From positions 1 to 46,506 of the forward strand of contig CAZRJY010000001.1 in the NCBI GenBank assembly GCA_964600525.1: 46,506 bases of DNA. The letters are read 5' to 3'. Each line of letters opens with the position of its first letter. The stretch's first letter is position 1. Position numbers and translations under genes: made by a program. This DNA is from an uncultured Clostridia bacterium (GTDB taxonomy: Bacteria > Bacillota > Clostridia > Christensenellales > Borkfalkiaceae). Positions 7,435 through 15,102 of the stretch are shown here, one piece after another. The notes under the pieces are model-generated. The model did not search any database, was not told the origin of the DNA, and saw only the letters and a program-made list of their open reading frames with translations.

Positions 7435-10422
7435 ATGAAAAAATTCACGAAATTGATAGCGGCGGCGACCGCGGTAATACTGACGCTCGGCATTGCAGGT
7501 TGCAATACCTCCGATTCGGGCAATAAGAAACCGCCCATCAATCCCTTAGATTACCCCGGCTTTATCAATCCCGAAAATTCCGGCGAAAATATCGCCCCCA
7601 GCGAAAAGTACGTCGTAAACGTGCGCTCAGAGGGCGGTATGCCTCTTGACGGCGTTAAAATCGCCGCAAAAAGAAACGGTCAGGTTATTAAGCGCGGTAT
7701 TTCCAAGGCGGGCAAAATCGAGTTTGCCGTATCATTAGGCGAGTACGACCTCGAAATCGACGAGGAATCCCTTCCCGCGGGCTATCACCTCGACGAGGGC
7801 GCAACCTATAAAACCAACGCGAACAAACGCGAAGATATAACCGTAAAACTTTCCTCGCGCCTTTTAAGCGCTTCGGCTATTATGACTTCGTACGCGCCGG
7901 GCAACATTATGCGCGACTTTACGTTCACCGACTGCGGCGACGGCAATAACGCCGGTCCCAGCTACACTCTTTCCAAACTGTTGGAGACCAAAAAGGCGGT
8001 CGTACTCAACTTCTTCTATACCACCTGCGGTCCCTGCCAGGCGGAGTTCCCCTACTTACAGAACGCATACGACAACCGTACGGCGGACGATATAGAAGTG
8101 CTGGCAATCTGCACGACGTCGATGGGCGACTCCGCACAGTCGGTTGCCAATTTCAGAACTCAGCGCAACCTCAACCTGCCTATGGGCATAGACAGAATAG
8201 GTATATGCTCGGCGTTCGGCGTTTCGGCTTATCCCACCACCGTCGTTATCGACAGATACGGCATGATAGCGTTCAGGACCAACGGCAGCGAGGTTACAAC
8301 CTCGTTCTGGACGGGGCTTTTCAACAGATTTACTTCCCCCGACTACAAGCAGGACCCTTACGGTAACGGCAGCGAGGAAAATCCCGGCACACCCGTAATC
8401 GGCGAGCTCGAAAAACCCGACGTCGAGATGCCCTCCTCCGCAGTTCTGGAACAGGCGGCGCTTGCCGAGCACGTAAACGCGGTATTCAAAGCGTATGACG
8501 ACGAATATTCATGGCCCTGGCTTGCAGGCTCCGACGCCGAGGGCAGCTATATATATTCCTCCAACAAAGGAAAGGGCAATTCGTACGCGATAGTCAACGC
8601 CGAGATAGATATGAAGGAAGGCGAGGTTCTTTCCTTCCAGTACAACGTTTCGACGGAAGCCAACGCCGACTATCTGTACGTCTTACTTGACGGCGACCAG
8701 ATGAACACGGGCTACTCGGGCGAGAGCAACGGCTGGCAGACGGTAGATTTGTACGTTGCCGACCGCGATAAGACCGTAACTCTTTCGTTTGCATACCGCA
8801 AAGACCCGCAGGACCCCGATTCGGGCGTGGGCGACGACGTTGTAAAAATAAGAAACATCAGCCTTGCCGACGCGGCGCAGGGCGGCGTTGTGAAATCGCT
8901 CGACGTTATGCGCGCCTGCGCTTCGGGCGAAATCGAGAACTTTAAGTACGGCTACTACGTAGACTACGAGCTTGCAAGCGACGGCTTCTATCACAAGGTA
9001 CTCTACAACGAGGACGGCACCAAGTCGGATAAGCTCGGTCCCATAATCTATATGACCATCAACCAGCTCTCACCTTGGAGCAATTTGCACGGCAAAAATA
9101 TGACGGCGGCGGACGGCACGACCTACGCGAGCACGATTTTCAGTATGACCGCGCAGAAATACGTCGAAACAAAGGAAACGGACGACGGTAACACTACCTT
9201 TAAGGTAAACATAGGCGGCAAGGACGTTACCGAGGCATACACGGTTTACGTACTCATTATGAACTATATGCCCGCGCCCTTCTACCTTATCCCCGTAACC
9301 GAACAGCTTAAAGGCTGGGCGGACGCGCTTATCAACGACTTTGAAAAGGGCAACGCGCACGACAACGAGTGGCTTGAATTCTGCTATTACTTCGACCACT
9401 ACGGCGCCGAGCACGACGACGCGGCCAACGGCGACGGCGACACCTGCAAGGTTGACGTGGACTACACCAGAGGTCTTACGAAATACAACGCGTACGAGGC
9501 TTTCGAAAAGAACGACGCCGAGCTTGCAAATTCGGAAATGTACAACCAAACCACGCAGAGAAACAAGGCGGTTATCGACTTCCCCCTGCAACTTGCACAT
9601 AACGGCACGTACTATAAATTCAAAGCCGGGGAAGCGGGCGTTTACCAGATACGTTCGTATACCAAGGGTTGCTCGCCCTCGGCAAACGCTACCGCGGACA
9701 ACACGGATTCGTACGTAGTGCCCGACCCCAAGATACTTGTTTACAATAAGGAAGGCGATTTAATCTCGCTGACAAGCGAAGCGCTCGACCACGACGCATA
9801 TAAGGGCGTGGAATACGAGGGTTTCAGCGATTATATAGCTCTGGACGAGAACGAGGAAGTTTACCTCTACCTCTGCACGACGTCGGGAACCAAGTCTTAC
9901 TACGACTTCGAAATATCCTATCTCGGCGAATCGTTCAACAAGATGCTTATATGCTCTACTGGCGGCGGCGTATGGACGTATATCGACAACGTGGAACCGA
10001 TTGTCTGGACGTATATCGGCATCGACGTTATGTACGACGATTTGACTAACTGCTACTACGCTGTCGGCAAAGACGGTAAGATTGACAAGAACCAGCCCGT
10101 ATATATCGATATGCTTTACAGCAGCTTTTTCAGATGCAATATCGAAAAGTATATTCTCGCAACGCTTAAATATATGATTGAGGATTACGCGTTCGAGGAA
10201 TATATCCACCACGGCGAGGACTACCAGCCTATTATGGAGGAAGCTTTGGGCAAATCGACCGAGGGCAAGCAGGAAGGCGACGACCTGTACGGACTTGTTC
10301 CCGCCACGCGCGAAATCGTAGACATTCTGAACATGTTTATCAATCAGAACGTGGACGGCGGCATGGGCGAAGGTAACGGCTGGCTTGCGTTTGCCGTGTA
10401 CGACGCCAAGATGGGCAAATAA
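7435..10422 (+). CDS. large secreted lipoprotein with TlpA/redoxin-type thioredoxin domain (CGPC) and long uncharacterised C-terminal region
   Basis: The ORF-track frame is 7417..10422. The ATG at 7435 is preceded by GAGGAATAAGG. Signal peptide plus lipobox: MKKFTKLIAAATAVILTLGIAGC. Thioredoxin fold: KKAVVLNFFYTTCGPCQAEFPYLQ...YPTTVVIDRYG, with the CxxC at 8026..8037. A tentative jelly-roll/MAM-like segment lies at about 8480-8870 and a tentative PPC-like segment at about 9575-9935. Confidence 0.9.
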   Translation: MKKFTKLIAAATAVILTLGIAGCNTSDSGNKKPPINPLDYPGFINPENSGENIAPSEKYVVNVRSEGGMPLDGVKIAAKRNGQVIKRGISKAGKIEFAVSLGEYDLEIDEESLPAGYHLDEGATYKTNANKREDITVKLSSRLLSASAIMTSYAPGNIMRDFTFTDCGDGNNAGPSYTLSKLLETKKAVVLNFFYTTCGPCQAEFPYLQNAYDNRTADDIEVLAICTTSMGDSAQSVANFRTQRNLNLPMGIDRIGICSAFGVSAYPTTVVIDRYGMIAFRTNGSEVTTSFWTGLFNRFTSPDYKQDPYGNGSEENPGTPVIGELEKPDVEMPSSAVLEQAALAEHVNAVFKAYDDEYSWPWLAGSDAEGSYIYSSNKGKGNSYAIVNAEIDMKEGEVLSFQYNVSTEANADYLYVLLDGDQMNTGYSGESNGWQTVDLYVADRDKTVTLSFAYRKDPQDPDSGVGDDVVKIRNISLADAAQGGVVKSLDVMRACASGEIENFKYGYYVDYELASDGFYHKVLYNEDGTKSDKLGPIIYMTINQLSPWSNLHGKNMTAADGTTYASTIFSMTAQKYVETKETDDGNTTFKVNIGGKDVTEAYTVYVLIMNYMPAPFYLIPVTEQLKGWADALINDFEKGNAHDNEWLEFCYYFDHYGAEHDDAANGDGDTCKVDVDYTRGLTKYNAYEAFEKNDAELANSEMYNQTTQRNKAVIDFPLQLAHNGTYYKFKAGEAGVYQIRSYTKGCSPSANATADNTDSYVVPDPKILVYNKEGDLISLTSEALDHDAYKGVEYEGFSDYIALDENEEVYLYLCTTSGTKSYYDFEISYLGESFNKMLICSTGGGVWTYIDNVEPIVWTYIGIDVMYDDLTNCYYAVGKDGKIDKNQPVYIDMLYSSFFRCNIEKYILATLKYMIEDYAFEEYIHHGEDYQPIMEEALGKSTEGKQEGDDLYGLVPATREIVDILNMFINQNVDGGMGEGNGWLAFAVYDAKMGK

Positions 10423-10457
10423 TTAAACTTTGAAATAAAATTTTAAGGAGCAAAAAA

Positions 10458-10883
10458 ATGAAAAGGTTTTTAAAGATTTTTGCAATTGCGGTTATCGCCG
10501 TGGCTGCGGCTGTTGCCTGTGTGTTTGTCGGCTGTAAAAAGAACGGCGGCGAAACCAAGTCGGACTACAACTTCACCATCGTATACGAGGGCGGAACTAA
10601 GGACGGTCAGGCCGTAAACGGTAAGACCGACGGAACTATCGAAGGCAAAGTAGCAACCCAGATTTGCACGGACGTATGTATCGGTCTCCCTCTGGCAAAC
10701 ATTTTCCCCGACGAAAACGGTAAGCTTTCACTTTCGCAGGCAAAGGTAAACGAACTGTTCTCATCGGAAACGGACGTCACCGTATTCGTGTTCCACGCTA
10801 TCGGCGTCAACGGTTACAAAAACGACTGCGCGGTTGACGTTAACGGCAAAGGCGATTATACTCTTAAAATTACGGTTGATTGA
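10458..10883 (+). CDS. small lipoprotein, function unknown (three mature-chain Cys)
   Basis: 141-aa ORF. Signal peptide plus lipobox: MKRFLKIFAIAVIAVAAAVACVFVGC. An AAGGAG RBS is present. The start is 35 nt downstream of the TlpA-lipoprotein gene. The mature chain contains ICTDVC and NDC. Confidence 0.8.
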   Translation: MKRFLKIFAIAVIAVAAAVACVFVGCKKNGGETKSDYNFTIVYEGGTKDGQAVNGKTDGTIEGKVATQICTDVCIGLPLANIFPDENGKLSLSQAKVNELFSSETDVTVFVFHAIGVNGYKNDCAVDVNGKGDYTLKITVD

Positions 10884-10898
10884 TTAAAATAAAATTAA

Positions 10899-10938
10899 AC
10901 GCCCCGCGGCATTTGCCGCGGGGCGTTATTTTGTTTTT
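10899..10938. terminator. bidirectional rho-independent terminator shared by the two convergent thioredoxin-encoding operons
   Basis: The sequence is ACGCCCCGCGGCatttGCCGCGGGGCGT followed by tattttgttttt, with an A-rich run upstream for the opposite strand. Confidence 0.8.
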
Positions 10939-10939
10939 A

Positions 10940-12583
10940 TTATCCCAGAGCTTTAATTATTTCGCTTCTTAACAACGCTTCCGAGCAACTGCCTTGCTTT
11001 GCGAAAGTTATTCTGCCCGACGAGTTGAGTATAACCGTCATAGGGTATGCGTACTTGCCGCCGAGCTGAGCGTAGGTATTGAGCTCTTTTGTGTCCTGCG
11101 CGAACACCAGCTTGTAGCTGTTCCACGCCCTTCCGTTCTTGTCCGTTTGGGTATCGAGGAAAACCTGAACGCCCGTCGAAGGGATTGCCGAATAGCTGTG
11201 TATAACGAACATATCTATTTGGTCTATATATTCTTCGTAAACCGCTTCGAACTCGGGCAATTCAGCCTTGCAGGGGTCGCAGTCGGTATACCAGTAATTT
11301 AAAACCGTAACTTTGCTTATGCCGTAAGTGCTTACGCTTTCCGCGTCGTTGTCCGACTTGTAGGTGGAAAGAATAAACTCGGGGCACTTATCGCCGACGG
11401 AATACACAAGTGTGCTTTTATTTTTCATTAGCCCGTAGCCGAGCAACGCGCCTATAAGCACCAGGGTTGCAAGCACCCACGCTACGAACTCGACGACAAA
11501 CCTCGGCTTTTTAAACGCCGCTTTGACCGCCTGCAACTTTTGTCTCTCAGGCTTGTCAGATGCCGCTACCGCCGTTTCCTCAACGGTTACCGTCGGGGAC
11601 GATACGGTTAAATCCGCGTTCGACTTGGCAATTTCCAAAAGCTGTATCTTTTCGCCCTCGACGACAGCAGGTTGTCCGACGGGCGTCGTATTCTTCAAGA
11701 AAATCTTACTGCCCTTCCAGCTTATCGCCTGCACGGGGCAAACGGAGATACATTCGCCGCACTGGATACATTCGTGGTCGCCCACGTGCTTTATATCCAT
11801 TTTACAGCCCTGAACGCACAGTCCGCAGTCGATACACTTGTCTTTGTCCAGCTTGACGCCTAAAAGCGAAATTTTGCAGAACAGCGAGTATATGGCGCCG
11901 AGCGGACAGATAAAGCGGCAGAAAAAGCGGTATATGAAAATGCTCGCAACCACCACTACCACCAGCACGCAGAACTTCCACGTGAACAGGTAACCCAGCA
12001 TTCCGAAAAAGTCGGTGTTGTTGGGATTGGACAACAGCGATATCGCTCCGCCGAACGTGCCTGCGGGGCAGACGTACTTGCAGAACGACGGTATGCCCGC
12101 GTAAATTACGGGTATTGCTATCACTATCGCAAGCAATACGTACTTAAAATAGGACAGCACGCGTGTAAAACGGTTCTTTCTCAATTTGGGAGTGCGGATT
12201 TTGTACAGCAGTTCCTGAATAAGTCCGAAGGGGCACAGAAAGCCGCATATCAGTCTTCCGAGCAGTAACCCGAACAACAGCAGTATGCCGAGTATGTACG
12301 ACGGAGCGGACCTGCCGCTCTGCGCAAGGCTGTCCTGCAACGCACCCAGAGGGCACGCTCCGACGGCGCCGGGGCACGAATAGCAGTTGAGCCCGGGCAC
12401 GCACATCTTTTTGGTGTCGCCCGTATAAATTTTACCCGTGGCAAAGCCCTTCAAATTGGCGTTGGTAAGCAGTGCGGCGTAAAGCTGAATAATTCTGCGC
12501 TTTGTGGGCTTGTGGGCGATGAACCAATTTTTTGGATTGTGGGCGATAAACCAATTTTTAACCTTTGCAAAAAACTTTTTCAT
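10940..12583 (-). CDS. NapH/MauN-type membrane polyferredoxin (2x[4Fe-4S]) fused to a C-terminal TlpA-like thioredoxin domain
   Basis: 547-aa ORF. It has a Cys-rich N-terminus (CVPGLNCYSCPGAVGACPLG) and membrane-proximal CxxCP motifs (CGFLCPFG, CKYVCPAG, CRFICPLG). Two ferredoxin motifs are present: CIDCGLCVQGC and CIQCGECISVCP (about 11714-11851). An extra TM helix (aa 362-386) is followed by the thioredoxin domain VTVLNYWYTDCDPCKAELPEF...YPMTVILN (10943-11407). Confidence 0.9.
   Translation of the reverse strand: MKKFFAKVKNWFIAHNPKNWFIAHKPTKRRIIQLYAALLTNANLKGFATGKIYTGDTKKMCVPGLNCYSCPGAVGACPLGALQDSLAQSGRSAPSYILGILLLFGLLLGRLICGFLCPFGLIQELLYKIRTPKLRKNRFTRVLSYFKYVLLAIVIAIPVIYAGIPSFCKYVCPAGTFGGAISLLSNPNNTDFFGMLGYLFTWKFCVLVVVVVASIFIYRFFCRFICPLGAIYSLFCKISLLGVKLDKDKCIDCGLCVQGCKMDIKHVGDHECIQCGECISVCPVQAISWKGSKIFLKNTTPVGQPAVVEGEKIQLLEIAKSNADLTVSSPTVTVEETAVAASDKPERQKLQAVKAAFKKPRFVVEFVAWVLATLVLIGALLGYGLMKNKSTLVYSVGDKCPEFILSTYKSDNDAESVSTYGISKVTVLNYWYTDCDPCKAELPEFEAVYEEYIDQIDMFVIHSYSAIPSTGVQVFLDTQTDKNGRAWNSYKLVFAQDTKELNTYAQLGGKYAYPMTVILNSSGRITFAKQGSCSEALLRSEIIKALG
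12510..12563 (-). repeat. 27-nt in-frame tandem duplication at the 5' end of the polyferredoxin-thioredoxin gene
   Basis: The two copies are ttgtgggcgatgaaccaattttttgga and ttgtgggcgataaaccaatttttaacc, with a partial third ttgtgggc at 12502-12509. They encode KNWFIAHNP-KNWFIAHKP. Confidence 0.85.
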
Positions 12584-12584
12584 A

Positions 12585-13397
12585 TCAACCCAGCCCTATA
12601 CATTCGGTACAGATATTTATCGCCTTGATAAACACCGCGCGCGCGTTGCCGTTCAACGCGCCCCAGATTATAAACGCCACGGCAATCACCGCAACCGCTA
12701 TGCGTATGCCGAGTATTACCCACTTATTTTCAAATACTGCGCTTACCGTCTGCAAAAGGTTATTTTTGCTTTGCGGCTTCTGTCCCTTTGTCAACTTTTG
12801 AACGGCGGGCAAAACCGCTTTAACCGCAAACTTTTCGTAAACCGCCGCACCGCAGATTACAAGTAGCCCTGCGAACACGCACGGAAATACGTGCTTTACC
12901 ATATTCAGAATTTCGTGCGTTACGTTTTTGTTGGGGAAGTTCGACGGTATGCAAAGATATACCAAGCCGTACACGCACGCGAGCGCAAACAGCGCCCACG
13001 CCGCGCATTTCAGCGCGAATATTACCTTTTTGGACTGAGCTACCTGCGAAAACTCGGCTTCCAGTCCTTCGGGAGCGGCCACTGGCATACGTTTATCAAG
13101 CCGCGCAAGCTGTAAGTCGGGACATATTTTGCGCGCCTTTTCCTTTACGGGGAAAACCTCCCACAGCACAAAGCCGACCACTATTCCAGCAATCCACAGC
13201 CAGAAAAAGAGAGCTATTTTAGAGAGCGCGTTCACAACCCTTTCGCGCGTAAAAACGTCGCCCGAATACCCGGCCGCCGTACCCGAAAAATACAGCGACA
13301 GCACCTGCCATATGAACAGCGCGCCCACCACCGCGGTGAATACGCCGAATATTATTCCGTAGCTTAAACGCACGGATTTGCAAGTTTTTTCCTTCAT
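12585..13397 (-). CDS. polytopic membrane protein with C-terminal CxxC tail (…NICTECIGLG), function unknown
   Basis: The ORF-track frame is 12585..13460. The ATG at complement(13395..13397) is preceded by GAGGAAATT. Several hydrophobic helices are present. The protein ends in ICTECIGLG. Its stop is 1 nt from the polyferredoxin start, which suggests an operon. Confidence 0.8.
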   Translation of the reverse strand: MKEKTCKSVRLSYGIIFGVFTAVVGALFIWQVLSLYFSGTAAGYSGDVFTRERVVNALSKIALFFWLWIAGIVVGFVLWEVFPVKEKARKICPDLQLARLDKRMPVAAPEGLEAEFSQVAQSKKVIFALKCAAWALFALACVYGLVYLCIPSNFPNKNVTHEILNMVKHVFPCVFAGLLVICGAAVYEKFAVKAVLPAVQKLTKGQKPQSKNNLLQTVSAVFENKWVILGIRIAVAVIAVAFIIWGALNGNARAVFIKAINICTECIGLG

Positions 13398-13413
13398 AAT
13401 TTCCTCATAATTT

Positions 13414-13442
13414 ATTATAACAACGCGCGCGCGTAAAGTCAA
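13414..13442 (-). promoter_or_regulatory. candidate consensus promoter of the CxxC-membrane protein / polyferredoxin-thioredoxin operon
   Basis: On the minus strand: TTGACT-17 nt-TATAAT. The spacer contains the palindrome ACGCGCGCGCGT (13423-13434). GAGGAA and the ATG follow within 16 nt. Confidence 0.5.
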
Positions 13443-13453
13443 CATTTTCCCGC

Positions 13454-13483
13454 TTGACAAAGGTTGCCAAATACCTTTATAAT
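13454..13483 (+). promoter_or_regulatory. candidate promoter of the cyuA-like gene
   Basis: TTGACA (13454-13459)-18 nt-TATAAT (13478-13483). It lies back-to-back with the minus-strand promoter, with the two -35 boxes 11 bp apart. Confidence 0.5.
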
Positions 13484-13498
13484 CTATACGGTGCTACT

Positions 13499-14779
13499 AT
13501 GGATAAAGAACTTTACAAAGATTTCGTAAATATCTTAAACGAAGAGCTTTTGCCCGCTATGGGCTGTACCGAGCCAATAGCCATCGCGTACGCGGCGGCT
13601 CTTGCCAAAAACGCGCTGGGCGCTCTGCCCGAACGCGTTGAGATTACCGTTTCGGGCAACATCTTAAAGAACGTCAAAAGCGTTATCGTTCCGTCGACCG
13701 GCGGTCTTAAAGGCGTAACTTCCGCGGCGGCGGCAGGCATTGTCGCAGGCAGGCACGATAAAAAGCTGGAAGTGCTTACCGCTCTTACAGAAAGCGATAT
13801 TCAAGCTATTAAATCGTACATATCCGCCACCCAATTCACCGTAAAGCCTTCGGACAGCGGCTGCGTGTTCGATATAGGCATAGCCGTTTTCAAAGGCTCC
13901 GACCGCGCTTACGCGCGCATCGAGGGGCATCACACCAACGTTGTGGAAATTTCCAGAAACGGTGAAAAGCTTTTGGATAAACAGGTCGTTGAAGAGAACG
14001 CCAACGACGGTATGACCGACAGAGCTTGCCTTTCGGTCAAGCGCATAATCGAGTTTGCCGACAGCGTTGATATAAAGGACATAGAGGCGGTTATTTCGCG
14101 GCAGATAGAATATAACTCGGCAATTGCCGCGGAGGGCTTGAAAGGCGACTACGGCGCGCGCGTCGGCAAAGTGCTTTTAGACAGCTTCGGCGACGGAGTG
14201 CACAACCTTGCAAGGGCGACCGCGGCGGCGGGTTCGGACGCGCGCATGAACGGCTGTTCGTTGCCCGTAGTAATTGTTTCGGGCAGCGGCAACCAGGGTA
14301 TGACGGCCTCCCTTCCCATTGTTGTTTACGCTGAAAAATTGAACGCGCCGCGCGAAAAAATGCTGCGTGCGGTTGCGCTTTCGGATTTGATTACCATTCA
14401 TTTAAAGACGGGCATCGGCAGACTTTCGGCGTACTGCGGAGCGGTTTCGGCTGGCGCCGGTGCAGGCGCTGGCGTTGCCTACCTTTGCGGCGGCGGCTTC
14501 GAGGAGATTGCTCACACCATAGTCAACGCGCTTGCAATAACTTCGGGACTTATCTGCGACGGAGCCAAGTCAAGCTGTGCCGCCAAGATTGCCTCGGCGG
14601 TAGACGCGGGACTTTTGGGATACGAAATGTACAAGCGCGGCAGTCAGTTTTACGGCGGCGACGGCATTCTGTGCCACGGCGTTGAAAACACTATCGACAA
14701 CGTTTCCGACCTCGCGCGCGTGGGTATGCGCGAAACTGACGAGGAAATTATCCGCCTTATGATTAAGGATTTGGGGTAA
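13499..14779 (+). CDS. cyuA: L-cysteine desulfidase family protein (UPF0597 / YhaM-CyuA-like, serine dehydratase alpha fold)
   Basis: The ORF-track frame is 13454..14779, but the TTG at 13454 is the -35 box, so I use the ATG at 13499. The protein is co-linear with E. coli YhaM: LPAMGCTEPIAIAYAAA, GHHTNVV, GSDARMNGCSLPVVIVSGSGNQGMTASLPIVVYAE, GLICDGAKSSCAAKIAS. Confidence 0.85.
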   Translation: MDKELYKDFVNILNEELLPAMGCTEPIAIAYAAALAKNALGALPERVEITVSGNILKNVKSVIVPSTGGLKGVTSAAAAGIVAGRHDKKLEVLTALTESDIQAIKSYISATQFTVKPSDSGCVFDIGIAVFKGSDRAYARIEGHHTNVVEISRNGEKLLDKQVVEENANDGMTDRACLSVKRIIEFADSVDIKDIEAVISRQIEYNSAIAAEGLKGDYGARVGKVLLDSFGDGVHNLARATAAAGSDARMNGCSLPVVIVSGSGNQGMTASLPIVVYAEKLNAPREKMLRAVALSDLITIHLKTGIGRLSAYCGAVSAGAGAGAGVAYLCGGGFEEIAHTIVNALAITSGLICDGAKSSCAAKIASAVDAGLLGYEMYKRGSQFYGGDGILCHGVENTIDNVSDLARVGMRETDEEIIRLMIKDLG

Positions 14780-14809
14780 TTGCCCCCAGAATATGCTTTA
14801 ATGAAACAA

Positions 14810-14840
14810 AAAAGCTCTCCGAACAGGAGAGCTTTTAAAT
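14810..14840. terminator. bidirectional rho-independent terminator (cyuA-like gene / end of the opp operon)
   Basis: The sequence is aaaaGCTCTCCgaacaGGAGAGCtttt followed by aaatttt. It forms an 11-bp stem including the A/T extension, with T-runs on both strands. Confidence 0.75.
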
Positions 14841-14841
14841 T

Positions 14842-15102
14842 TTAACTTACCCAAAGCCAGGCGATTAATCCCATAATACCGAATACCAGAATTACAATTA
14901 AAAACACGGGCGCATAGGCGGCAAACGCCGCGCGCACAAGCTGTCTGTATTCCTTTCGGGACATTTTCTGCCTGTGCTTTTTCATTCCGCTTTGACTGCG
15001 TTTTTTTAAATTCGGGTCGTACCAACGGAACCCCTCCACGTTCATATCCGCAAAGGTGGTTTCCATATCCAAATCGTCTTGTTTTTTATTCTTTTTCGAC
15101 AT
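14842..15102 (-). CDS. small basic protein with C-terminal TM helix, function unknown
   Basis: 86-aa ORF. Its start overlaps the oppF stop by 17 nt. The C-terminal helix is APVFLIVILVFGIMGLIAWLWV. A terminator hairpin follows immediately. Only a weak RBS is present, so the start (M1 versus M13) is uncertain. Confidence 0.45.
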   Translation of the reverse strand: MSKKNKKQDDLDMETTFADMNVEGFRWYDPNLKKRSQSGMKKHRQKMSRKEYRQLVRAAFAAYAPVFLIVILVFGIMGLIAWLWVS

